Assembly (NCBI RefSeq): GCF_964213995.1
Contig: NC_135819.1
Coordinates: 66,774,001-66,838,000, forward strand
Direction of reading: 5' to 3'
Source: Mustelus asterias
Lineage: Eukaryota
Length of the DNA: 64,000 nt
A program made the position numbers and the translations under genes. The notes beneath the pieces were generated by a model. It made no database searches, was not told the DNA's origin, and worked only from the letters and a program-made list of their open reading frames with translations. Position 1 is the stretch's first letter; each line of letters starts with the position of its first letter. Below are positions 14,082 to 25,493 of the stretch, in pieces.

Positions 14082-14171
14082 GTCATAATGGACAGCTCTG
14101 GACATCCATATGTAGCGGAACAGCTTGTATTATTCTTCTTGTGCTCTTCTTTCTCAAAAAATGCACATGCG
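14082..14171 (+). CDS. Gene A exon: transmembrane segment
   Basis: Acceptor attttacag|14082, donor 14171|gtaagt, phase 1/1. Encodes GHNGQLWTSICSGTACIILLVLFFLKKCTC: a hydrophobic helix followed by a KK stop-transfer, with no charged residue in the TM. Confidence 0.85.
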
Positions 14172-14999
14172 GTAAGTGGATCCCAAGCAAACAAAGTTCA
14201 CTCCATGAGGGGCAAAGTCTGTTTTCAAACTCTGATGACTCTAAACCACAATCCTTACTCCTCCTCCCCTCAGAATCAGCAATCTGCAAACTGTCCATTT
14301 GGCTTTAAAGTGATTTAACTGTTGGTGATATAAATTTGCATCTTAAATACCAATAAAATGTTCCAAGTTTTACATTTCCCTGGCTTAGACCGCTCAACAT
14401 TAGTGCCTTTCTACAATCACCTTATGCATTTACTTCCTTTGTTCAAAGTCTTGGATTGTGCCATTTCCTCAGTTGTCTTCCTCACAAAAAAACAGATTTA
14501 GTTCTATAAACTCTCTTCATTAATCCAATACTCAAATCTGTTTGTAATTCCCCTTTTGTGAAGCCTGGCCACTGCCTCTAAATCCAGTCATAAATGATGT
14601 CTCCATGCATGAGTGCAATGTTCAAGGTCATTTCATTCCTCCAGCACTAATTTAAGAATGTAATTACCCAGCATTATTGACAGTGCATGTTATTTAAAAA
14701 ATCTTTTTGTAATATTCCATATTCAATATTTATCAGTGACTGTTTTTTTGATAATGGTCTGTTTTCAGTTTGAACAATGATAGTCCAAATGATACACCAT
14801 TATCATCAACTGATCAGGCTCTGAATGTTAGAATCCAAAAAGTAAAAAATATTATATTTATGATTTGCACATGATGTGAAAGGAATATACTGAAGAAAGT
14901 TAATTTCCCATGATATAAAGGGAGTCTATACCAGCTGTGCATTAATGGGAATGCATGATTATAATTATAGGCCTGAATTTCCCACTGTTCAGCACACAA

Positions 15000-15860
15000 A
15001 TTCAGTGGGACTGCAAGTAGATGTGGAACCCATTCCTGGGCAAAATTGCATTGTCAATGTAACTTCACGCTGGGTGGCCAATTAAGGCCCACCCAGCATG
15101 TAATGCATCCTTGGGAAGGCTGGAAGAAGCAGGTAGATGCGTGAATGAATTGGGCACCAGTTTGATTGGGGATTTCGCAGGCAGCACCCTGAAGGCTGCC
15201 AGGGGCTGTGGGAAAGGCAACGGGAGTGTTCTTCACAGGATCAAAGAAAAAGCTATCTGCAGCACCTAATGGCCTCAACATCCAGTGTACACAGAAGGTG
15301 GGAGGGCAAGTCCGGTGGACACTCTGCACCCTGTTTCACAGATGAGTGCCTGATCATCCTCCGGACAGGAGGTCAGTGCCAGGTGTCATGTCCTGATGCC
15401 CAGGAATGGGAAGAGGAGGCCATCGCATGTCACAACAAAGTCATGAACAGAGGTGGCAACCCAGGTCAGTGTGTACGATGTGGTGCACTGAATGTGGATC
15501 CAGTGCTGCAAAACTTTCAACAATCTTCTGCATTTGGCAAGGGTGAATACAGAGATGGTATGGAACTGCGGGGAGATATGTACTTGGGTGGCCATTCCTC
15601 ATCACCTTCAGGTAAAAGAGTGTGTGCCAACTTGCATTGAAGCCTTTGCTAGCCAATGTTAGCCTGAATACATTGAAGGGGAAGATGTGCCACTGTGCCG
15701 CACCCCACAACCTGGTTTTTGGGGCATTGGTCCAGGCTGGAATGGTACTGCAGAGAGAAGGAGCATCAATAATGAAATCAGTTCTTCCCTTTCAAGAGAA
15801 GAGAAGCATAATGTGGTGGAGCGGCAAAGAATGGGCAGGGAAAGCTGTGGTAGCATAACA
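15000..15860 (+). mobile_element. Degenerate Harbinger-related fragment (Myb/SANT-like)
   Basis: SAPCFTDECLIIL...WEEEA resembles the APRFSD N-terminus of Harbinger Myb-like proteins. Confidence 0.4.
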
Positions 15861-15864
15861 TCTA

Positions 15865-18800
15865 TGAGTGTGATATGCAGCAGTTGAACGCAAGTTCAGG
15901 AACAGCGGAGGAGTGCAGGGCCAGGAGTGTAATACGGAGGTTGAACGCGAGTCCAAACTCGAATTCTGCAGAGGTGGAGCATGAGTCGAAGCTCATGTTG
16001 CAGCGGTTAAAGGGCAGAGGTTGGAGGTCAGCGGTCGAAGTCTGACAGTTGACCCTCAGGAGTTGAAGAGTATGGAAGTCTTTGTTGTCCTCCTTTGTAT
16101 CTAATTGTCTTTGAATAAATAATTCAATTACTTTCACCTGCAAAGTAATTGTAAAGCCACCAATTATTACATTTGGCAATGAGGTAAATCGGGATTCCAG
16201 TCACCAGCTCACGGAATCCATGGGGGATAAAGTCTGCCCATTATAAAAAAGTCTCTGCAGCAAGTAAGTAAAGAAAATGCCCCTTTTTGAGAAAATCAAT
16301 CCTTTTGATCCAGAGGCTGAACACTCTGCTCAATATATTGAAAGACTCCGTTATTTATTTCCCACTAATGAAATTACAGGGGAAGATGAGAAAAAAGTCA
16401 TTCTGTTTATGGTATTTGGACCTCAGACGTAAAATCTTATTAAAAATTTAACACCACCAGAAACTCCAGATAGTAAATCTTTTGATCAACTCATAAATTT
16501 ATTATTATAACCCTAGACCGTCGATCATCATGCAGTATTTAAGTTTAACTCTGCGGTAAAGGATCCATTTATGTCAATTGTGACATAAAAGGCAAGACGA
16601 AGAAAATTGGCTGAGCCATGTGAATTTGGACCTTCACTAAGTGACCTCCTGCAAGACAGATTAGTTTGTGGCGTAAATAACTTAAACATACAAAAAAAAC
16701 TACTGGCAGAAGATAAGATTTCCTGAGAGAAAGCCATGGAAATAGCTCTGGCAAGTGCGGAGAGAGGTGCTCTAGAGTTGCAGTGCATGTATAAAGGCAA
16801 GGTGAATGAGCAATGGCACAAAACTTTGGCAAGTTGGGAGGACAGAGCTTAGAGTACAGAAGAGACAGAGCAGAAACTCAATGTGCAAGGCAGGAGACAG
16901 AAGAAAAAGAAAACAGGTCAAACCAGCCAGAAATTCTGATGAATGTTTTAGATGCAAGGAAGATCAACCCACAGAAAAATTTCCAGGATTCTGTCTGTCT
17001 GTTTTGGCCACAATCGGAGAGGCCACATCTGAATCAAGCGCAAGTCAAACAGAATATACCTAGTTTAAACAAAAAACTCCAGTGCACAGTTTAGAATATG
17101 TTTGAGAAGAGGAATTTGAATTGAATAATGTAAAAATGAGTAAATCGGATCTGATAGTAATAATACCGTTGGTAAACAGGCGGCCATTAACCATGGAAGT
17201 AGATACCGGTGCTTCTGTTACCATCGTAGGGGAGCAGACATTTAAATACCTTAGAGGCGGAGTTCAACCCCTAAGTTAAATAATTCAATAGAATTGGTTG
17301 AGGATTCAAGAAAATTTGTAACAATTAACACCCACAAGGGTTTATTTCAGTACACCAGGTTACTTTTGATGCCTCTTCAGCATGCGCTATCTTTCAACAC
17401 ACTGTGGAAAGTTCATTGCGTGACAAAGTCAAAGTAGCGGTATACCTAGTTGATATTTTAATAACAGGAGTTTCCCCAGAAGAGCATTTGGCAAACCTCA
17501 AGGAGGTGCTCAAGAGATTCAAAAGGGCAGGGGTGCAACTTTAAAGAGAGAAGTGTACTTTTCAGGCCTACAAGGTCACTTACCTTTGATTTAAAGTTGT
17601 GCCAAGGGACTACACCCTCTTTAAAAAAATTAGTAAAAGCTAAAAAGGAAGAACCAGCACCTAGAAATGTCTAAGAACTGAAATCTTTTTTGGGCATGGT
17701 TAATTACCATGGCCAGTTAATACCAAATCTATCAACATTACTGGCACCATTAAACCTGCTTTTCAAAGAAAAATCAACATTGGTATTAGAGTGAATCACA
17801 AAAGGAGGCATTCTAAAAAGTTATATTTGCCTAACAGTTTTCAGATTTACTAATGCATTTCGATCCAAAAAGAGAAATAATCCTAATATGTGATGCTTCG
17901 CCAGTTGTTATGGGGCAGTCTTGTCTCATAGAATGGAAGATGGCCCAGAACGGCCCATTGATTTTACATCAAGAACCTTAACTGATGCCGAGAGAAAATG
18001 CTCCCAAATTGAGAGTTTAAAAATTCCACCAGTATGTTTATGGGTATCATTTTATGATCATCACCAATCGCAAGCCATGATTAGGGTTCGCGAAGACAAG
18101 CCTATTCCTTTCAGCCAGAGTACAATTATGTGCTCCAACATAAACCAGGTACCAAACTACCAAATGCAGATGCCCTGAGTCACCTTCCACTGCCTCGAAC
18201 AATATCACCACCAACAGTACCACAAGAAATAGTGTTAGCCCTCAACTTCTTGGATACGCTACCAGTATTGTCAAACCAAATCCAGAATTGGACTCAAAGA
18301 GACCCAGTCCTGTCCAGAGTAAAGAGGATGGCTTTCCATGGATAGCACTTTGACTTTTCAGCTCCGCAAAGATGAACTGAGCTGTGAAGACGGAGTGTTA
18401 ATGTGGGATCTAGAGTTGTGCTCCCTGGCCCAGCAAGAGCAACATTACTGCAAGAATTACACAATGCTCACCCAGGTCAGACTAAAATGAAGATGCTCAC
18501 AAGAAGTTATATTTGGTGGCCAGGCATTAGTAAAGATATTGAAAATCTAGTAAAGCATTGTGATCAATACCAATCGCAACAAGCAGTGCCTCCTTCGGCT
18601 CATTTGCACCCATGGAAGTGGCCTGGCTGACCTTGGTCACAGTTGGTTACATGTGGATTTCCTTTTCTGGGCACTACGTTCCTAATTATCATTGATGTCC
18701 ATTCCAAGTGGCTTGGTATTCATGAAATGAAAACAACAATGTCATCCGCAACAATCGAAAAGTTACAACAAACCGTTGCTACGCATGGCCTGTAGGAAGG

Positions 18801-19676
18801 TTTGGTCTCTGATAAAGGCACTGCCTTTACAGTTTTAGCAGCTTATGAAAAATAATGGAATAAAACATGCGTGTATGACATGCTATCACCCAGCCTCAAA
18901 TGTCTTGGCAGCAAAAGCTGTCCAGACTTTCAAGACAGCAATGAAAAAACAGCAGCATTACAATTGAAGCTTGCTAGATTCCTCCTCACTTACAGGACAA
19001 CACCACACGTTACTATGGGAGTGTCCCCTGCACAATTACTAATGGAGAGGCGCCTCCAAACAAGACTTGACCTGGTGTTTCTAAATTTATTCGTGTGGCT
19101 TTTGCTACCAAATAAACCTGTTGGACTTTAACCTGGTGTTGTTAAACTTCTTACTGTGTTTACCCCAGTCCAACGCCGGCATCTCCACATCGTTTCTAAA
19201 TTTACCAGGGAAGGTGGAAATGAAACAAGGTATACAAAAGGAATATCACGGTTCTGTTCAGGGTGATAGGTCATTCAAGGACTTAGTATTCGTTAGGAAC
19301 TTTAAATTTGGTCTAGCCTGGGTCCCCAGGAAAATTGTAATAAAAACAGGCCAGCTGTCTTATCCGATTGACCGCCAAGTAAGAAAAGTAAGGAAACACG
19401 CATGTCACACAAAAAAAAGAGAAAGTAACATAATACAAACAGAGAGGGATAATCCAGTAGCATCTATCACCATTCTTTCAATAGTGCCAAGTTCAGTTGG
19501 ACCGTTTATTTCGGATAAAGGCACTTGTGTTGTTCCCATGGAAACTGGAGCAGCTGGTGTTTGGAATGTAGAGCGAGTAAGACGGCAATAAATACCTGTG
19601 TTCCCTGACGCCTGGTTGTGGAGTGAGTTCTTGAGGATACTCCTCAATAGTAAAGAATTTAACAATCTTAAAGGGG
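15865..19676 (+). mobile_element. Degenerate Ty3/Gypsy LTR retrotransposon (LTR end, PBS, gag, protease, RT, RNase H, integrase)
   Basis: PBS-like tggcaatgagg at 16174-16184 after ...ttaca; gag from ATG 16277; protease MEVDTGASVTI (~17193-17225); RT TINTHKGLFQY; RNase H CDAS; integrase ELHNAHPGQTKMKMLTRSYIWWPG and YRTTPHVTMGVSPAQLL. Many stops and frameshifts; no 3' LTR seen. Confidence 0.88.
19090..19191 (+). mobile_element. Penelope-like 3' terminus inserted in the Gypsy integrase region
   Basis: 13-bp TSD gtttctaaattta (19077-19089 / 19192-19204). Confidence 0.85.
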
Positions 19677-19783
19677 CTTCAAGTCAGCATCACCATGAGG
19701 TCTCCTGCTTGTCTTCACCTTCCCCACATCCACTACACCTCCCCAACCCCTGCAGAACCCAAACCCTAAAATTCACAAACATG

Positions 19784-20068
19784 TAACACCATCAGGCAAT
19801 TTTTTTCAGTGTTGCTCACACAATCCACCTTCTACAATGATCCAGCTGCTAGCTAGGGTCTCCCTGGCCAGTCAAGAAGTGAGCCACTAAACCAGGGCCC
19901 AAAAGTCAATCTTTTTAGTAAGGCATTTTGTCTTTAATTTCAGTTATTTTCACAAAGACCAGCAGGTCAAATTTTTCATCCTGTGCCATTCATTGAAAAT
20001 AACACCATCAGGCAATTTTTTTCAGTGTTGCTCACACAATCCACCTTCTACAATGATCCAGCTGCTAG
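19784..20068 (+). repeat. Exact 69-bp direct duplication (19784-19852 = 20000-20068)
   Basis: Identical sequence taacaccatcaggc...ccagctgctag at both positions. Confidence 0.9.
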
Positions 20069-20280
20069 TCCAAAGATGTGCGGGTTAGGTTGATTGGCCA
20101 TGCTAAAATTGCCTCTTAGTGTCCTGGGATGGGTAGATTAGAGGGATTAGTGGGTAAAATATGTAGGGATATGGGGGTAGGGCCTGGGTGGGATTGTGGT
20201 CGGTGCAGACTTGATGGGCCGAATGGCCTCTTTCTGTACTGTAGGGTTTCTATGATTTCTATGATGATGATTTCTATGAT
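20069..20280 (+). mobile_element. 5'-truncated HE1-like SINE (tail A)
   Basis: tccaaagatgtgcgggttagg...gatgggccgaatggcct...(tttctatga)n. Confidence 0.88.
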
Positions 20281-20709
20281 AACATTGTGAACCTTTGTTA
20301 ACTGTTCTTTATAGATAAGCTGCTAATTTTCACAGCTCAATAATGGTGTTTAGTTTATCTCAGACTTTCAGAGGTCTCTTTCCCTGTTATCGACTTCAAT
20401 GTTACTTGAAATAAATGTGTAATGTTTCCAGGTTAATTGGGTGACCTAAGTCCTTAACTGAGTTATGTTTCATTTGTGCTCAAGTCATTCTGTTACGAAT
20501 GATAAACACAAATCACAAACATTTATTTACGTAGTTCCTTTTTTCTCATTAGTCTTTGTTCTTTCAGTTTGTAACTAACTTCATGTAATAATATTAAGCA
20601 AATATCAGAAGATGATATAAAATATATTGTTATACATCATGCAGTTCACTGCCTACAAAATATTTTGCTACAACAAATTATTCTATGTCACAATTAACAT
20701 TTTATATAG

Positions 20710-20783
20710 AAAGAAAAGGAACTCAAGAACAAAAAGGAACTCAAGCTAGTCATGGAAGATTGCACCGTAGGCAAGATAACACG
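20710..20783 (+). CDS. Gene A exon: proximal cytoplasmic tail
   Basis: Acceptor ttttatatag|20710, donor 20783|gtaaac, phase 1 to 0. Encodes ERKGTQEQKGTQASHGRLHRRQDNT and exactly bridges the TM exon (phase 1) and the terminal exon (phase 0). Confidence 0.72.
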
Positions 20784-21057
20784 GTAAACTTCATTTGTAA
20801 AGTATGAATATGTAAATTGAGACCTAGCATCTGTTATGAGTTCAAAGCAGATGACAAGCCTGACCCTATTCAGGATTGTTCTGCAGTCATCAATAAAAAG
20901 TATTAAATAAAAGCTCTTCATATGCAATTAGGCCATATGAAGCAGACTGGCCTGGTCTGAGAGGATATGGGCAGCCAGACTTTTGATGAATTCAAATTTA
21001 CGAAGGGTGGAAGATGGGACCCTGGCCAGGAAAGCATAGGAATAATCAAGTTTAAAG

Positions 21058-21375
21058 GAGAGGTGGTGGTGTAGTGATATTGTCGCTGGACCAATAATTC
21101 AGACAACCAGGGCAGTGCTCTGGGGACCAAGGTTCCAATCCTACCATGACCGATGGTGAAATTTGAATTCAATAAAAATCTGGAATTAAAGTCCAATAAT
21201 GACCATGAAACTATTGTTGATTGTCATAAAAACCCATAATAATGCCCTTTAGGGAAGTAAATCTGCCGTTCTTACCTGGTCTGGCTTACATGTGACTCTG
21301 GCCCCAACAATTAGGGATGGGCAATACATGCTGGCACAGCCAACGACACCCACATCCCATGATTGAATTTTAAAA
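21058..21375 (+). mobile_element. tRNA-derived SINE of a second family
   Basis: Head ggtggtgtagtg...ggttccaatcc; tail ttagggatgggcaata.atgctggc...cccacatcccatga. Confidence 0.6.
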
Positions 21376-22004
21376 AGGTTTCAGCAGGTGGCCAGAAAGA
21401 ACTGACACCAGGGGTTTGCCAGTGGGAGCTGATGCTGAAAGGATAGAAGGTGCTCTTGGATTCATTTGCCACTGACAGTCAGTAGTTACACTGGAAAAAT
21501 CTGAAAAATAAACCATTCAATAATAGAAAATGATGGAATAATGTGAGTGGAAAAATAATAAAATTATATTCATATGAGTTTCAGAACATTTCTTATTACA
21601 ACTCTTTGCAATGACTGAGGAATTGAGTGCTGAAGCTATGATAGTAGTCCAAACACAGATTGTTTTGATTGATTGCCGTAAAATGTTTAATATAAGCCAT
21701 TAGCTCACTCAAATTGGTATGTGAAACCATTGTCAAAACAAAAAAAATGAATAAATTAAAATCACTCCACTCTCTGCTCACCTCAGTTGAAGAGCAAATG
21801 TGTTGTTTATCTGTTGAAAACTTCTGGTGAAGGGCATAAGAACAGCAAATGTGTAAAGAACAAGTCAGAGAAAATGAGATAAAACAAGTGCCAAATTTAT
21901 ATTTTAAAGTGTGTCGGTTGTACAAGGAGGGCGGGCTGAGGAAGATAAGTGTAGGAAAAGCAAATGCATTTGTATGTCTATCCCATTTTAATAGTAACTT
22001 CGCA

Positions 22005-22075
22005 GATTTTCACAGTAACTTCATTGCAGTGTTAATGTAAGCCTACTTGTGACACTCATAAATAAATTTAAACTT
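22005..22075 (+). mobile_element. SINE tail-B fragment abutting the acceptor of the ITIM exon
   Basis: gattttcacagtaacttcattgcagtgttaatgtaagcctacttgtgacac...aataaa matches 9850-9915. Confidence 0.8.
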
Positions 22076-22088
22076 AAAACTTTTGCAG

Positions 22089-22211
22089 GATGAGAACAAT
22101 GGAAGTAATATCTACTACGCAGAACTGGAATTAGGAAACTTGCAGAAAGTAAGAAAAAAGGAAGAGGAGATTGTCTACAGTACAGTGCTTTTTTCAAAAT
22201 CTGATGAATAG
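22089..22211 (+). CDS. Gene A terminal exon with two ITIMs
   Basis: Acceptor ttttgcag|22089, phase 0. Encodes DENNGSNIYYAELELGNLQKVRKKEEEIVYSTVLFSKSDE*. IYYAEL (22110-22127) and IVYSTV (22170-22187) match the ITIM consensus I/V/L/S-x-Y-x-x-L/V. Confidence 0.85.
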   Translation, partial: DENNGSNIYYAELELGNLQKVRKKEEEIVYSTVLFSKSDE

Positions 22212-22409
22212 GAAGAACACCCAACAAATACTGACAAATCCACTGCTTACCATGTTCAAAGTAAACTAGTCACAACAGCAGTCAACTGGAATTAAAAGAA
22301 AGCCAAAGCAAGTATTTTGCCACGGGCATGTACCACTGAAATGAAGCAGAACCTTTAACCTTCTGAGTACCAAATTCATTTGAAACTTACATGTTCATTA
22401 ACAGTTAAA

Positions 22410-22415
22410 AATAAA
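22410..22415 (+). terminator. Candidate polyadenylation signal of gene A
   Basis: AATAAA ~200 nt after the stop codon, followed by T/GT-rich sequence. Confidence 0.4.
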
Positions 22416-23975
22416 CAAGAATCATCTGGAAAAAAATCTTAAATCAAACTGCTGCATCCAAATTCTTCTTTGTAATCATTCTCAGTTTTTTCACTTGCAT
22501 TTTCTTGGAATTGGATAGTTAGCTGTGTGTTGTAATTAGACATTAACTTATATGTGCTTTTGTGCTCCGTGATTATACATGTTTGTATATCTTTTTTTCT
22601 ATACATGTGTATCTGCTGTCTGAGTGCTCCATTTGAGACTGTGTTGTCTTTGTGTACTGCATATGCTCTAGCTGGGTTTTCACACTATATATGTGATCTC
22701 TGCATATGTTATTTTTGTCCATGCAATGGTTTCCTGTGCGGTGTGGGATGTGCAATTTTGTGCATTGTAAGTGTGGGTTCATGTATGTGCAGAGTAATTG
22801 TTTAAATTTAGTCTCTTTGTGTGCAGTTGTTTAAATTACAAATTTAAATACATATTTAAATTCTGCAACTAGAATTTAATCAAAATTGTTACATAACCGG
22901 CTCAGGCCAGGATGTTTACCTGATCAGGGCACAGGAAGTGAAGCAGGCAAGGAACGTAATTTCACCTCGCTGCTCACTTTGCCAGCACCATCCCAGCCCC
23001 GGGCCATTTTCAGGAAGTTGTTGGGTACAGAATGGCTGCTGGCAGCGAGTGGATAAGTCAATTAACAAGCCATTTAAAGCTTGTACCAGAGGCCACTGGG
23101 ATTTTCCAGTTGGGTTGTAAGCTCCTTGTAGTGTCAGGAGCAAGTAATTTACCTGGTGACAGTCTCCCTGCAGCAGGCCAGAGGGCCAGAACTCTGGGGT
23201 GATTTTGAGGCCCGCTCATCCACCTGGCCACAGTCAAGGCTGCAAACTGCTTGTCGGGCAACTACGGCCATTTTTTTCCTTTCAAATGTTTTATAAGTGC
23301 AGGGAGGATGCCTAAGTGGAGGCACCCTCTTTCTCCCTTCTATCAATGGCTGTATTATGATGGCCACTGGATATCGTCAATAGATCTCCCCATGGGTCTC
23401 GTCGAATACGAGCTCCCTATTAAGCAAGTGGAGGCTCGCCAATAAGGAGGGAGCATTGGGGGGATTTCAAACCAGCCAGCTCCCCTCAGGCTGGCAGTCG
23501 AAAGACTTTGGGGCTGGCCTGTACTCTGTAGCCACTGAGCAGCACTTTCAGCACATTGTCAATGAAGGGTGATGGTGACAGAAGACTGGCCTCGGTAAGA
23601 TTGTTAGAGGCAGGCTACAGCTTCTTTAGTAGTGGGCAGCCTTCTACTGGCTCTCCAGCTTCAAGTGCCTGCCTGCATGCCAACCTTAATTGGAAGGCAA
23701 GTGTGCCCTCTGCTGCTATTTGGCCAATTCAGCAAAATTCTATTTTGGGTCGCTGCTCTTTACAGTGATGAGTCAGGACCTGCACTTGATGCCAATGTCG
23801 GGCTCCTGACTGTAAGTAGAAAATCCCGCTTTTGGAATAGTTTTTAACATATAAGAAAGTATTATATTATCAATTAGTCTGTTAGCTTTCTTTAGCAGTT
23901 TACTTTGTTCTGCAGACCTAATTTGAATATTACTGTGCATGGCTTGATGCTGCTGCTTTTACTTTATGGTCAAGC

Positions 23976-24497
23976 TGAATGCTTAAGAACATTAACATAC
24001 AGAGGGATCTGAGCGTGCAGGTCCACAGTTCCCTAAAAGTGGCAACACGGGTGGCCAAGGTGATTAAGGAAGCATATGGCATGCTTGCCTTCATCAACCA
24101 GGCACTGAGTACAAGAGTTGGCAAATCATGTTGCAGCTATATAAAACCTTGGTTAGGCCGCGTCTGGACTATTGCGTGCAGTTCTGGTAGCCACGCTACC
24201 AGAAGGACGTGGAAGCTTTGAAGAGAGCGCAAAGAAGGTTCACCAGGATGTTGCTGGTCTTGAGGGTGTTGGCTATGAGGAGAGGCTGAATAAACTAGGG
24301 ATGTTTTCACTGGAAAGATGGAGGTTGAGGGGAGGCCTGATAGAGGTCTACAAAATTATGAGAGGCACAGACAGGGTGGATAGTCAGAGGCTTTTTCCCA
24401 GGGTGGAAGTGTCAATTACAATAGGGCACAGGTTCAAGGTGAGAGGAGGAAAGTTTAAGCAAGAAGTGCAGGGGAAGATTTTCACGCAGAGAGTGTG
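23976..24497 (+). mobile_element. CR1 LINE fragment (RT C-terminus)
   Basis: [29 protein letters not shown]; near-identical to 46515-47025. Confidence 0.9.
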
Positions 24498-25493
24498 ACG
24501 TTTATTTTTGTTGTTAAAAGGGCACAGCTACCTGGCCAACATCCTGTAGGGGTAACCCCTCCAGGGTACAGCTAGTGGCCACAGATATGGTCCAGCAGCC
24601 ATTAAAGGTTGGGCCCCATGGTTAACAATAATTGGCCTGAAGGGTGGCCGACCAATCTGACCACAAATTGCCCTAATTGAAAATGGTCCGGGTCAGAATG
24701 GTGGCAGGGAAGCCAGAAGTGTGAATTGTGCACTTGCCTGCCTCTAATATTGGCCCTAACCCATCTGAAAATGTGACCCATGATTACAATGTGACCAAGG
24801 TTGGGAACTAAATATTCCAGGTACTTGTCATTTTGAAAAGACGGGAACCATAGAAAGAAGGTGGGGTAGCCCTGCTACTAAAGAATAGCATAAGGACATT
24901 AATGAGAAGGGATGAAGGTTCAAATGATCATAAAGCAGAATTGGTATGGGTGTAGGCAAGGAGTAGGAAGGAAAAAAAAAATTTAATGGGAGTAGTTTAC
25001 AGGCACACTAACAGTGGCTTTTCAGTTCGATGAAGCATGAATCAATAAATAGTAGAAGTTTGTGAGCAAAGTCCTACAATAATCATGGGACTTGGTCTTT
25101 AAGATTAAGATTGAAAAAATTGAAATTAAAGAGGTAGTCTGGAGGATGAGATCACTGGGGGGAAAGGATGGCAGGGGCCTGCGGGGTAATTACCGAGAAC
25201 AATATGTTGAGGAACCAACTAGAGATAAGACTAATTTCGATCCTGTATTTTGTAATGAAATAGAACCAATTAGTAATCTCTTAATAAATGATCTTAGGGG
25301 CAGTGTAATCATAATATCATAGAATTTCACATTCAATTTGAAAGTGAGAAACTTAAATCCAAAACACGAGACTTAAACTTCAAAGAAGTCAATCGTATAT
25401 GCATGTAATTATAGTTAGTAATAGGTATTTATTTAGCAAGTTGGCTAAAATTGATTGGAAAAATAGACTAAAAGTTTTGAAAGTAGATACGCT

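Noticed and set aside
14769-14841. Exon-like open stretch LNNDSPNDTPLSSTDQALNVRIQK
   Set aside because: Its open frame needs phase-2 entry, but the TM exon ends in phase 1 (giving V-stop); exon 20710-20783 fits instead.
22554-22805. Cys-rich hydrophobic ORF
   Set aside because: A TG-rich low-complexity region downstream of gene A; compositional artefact.
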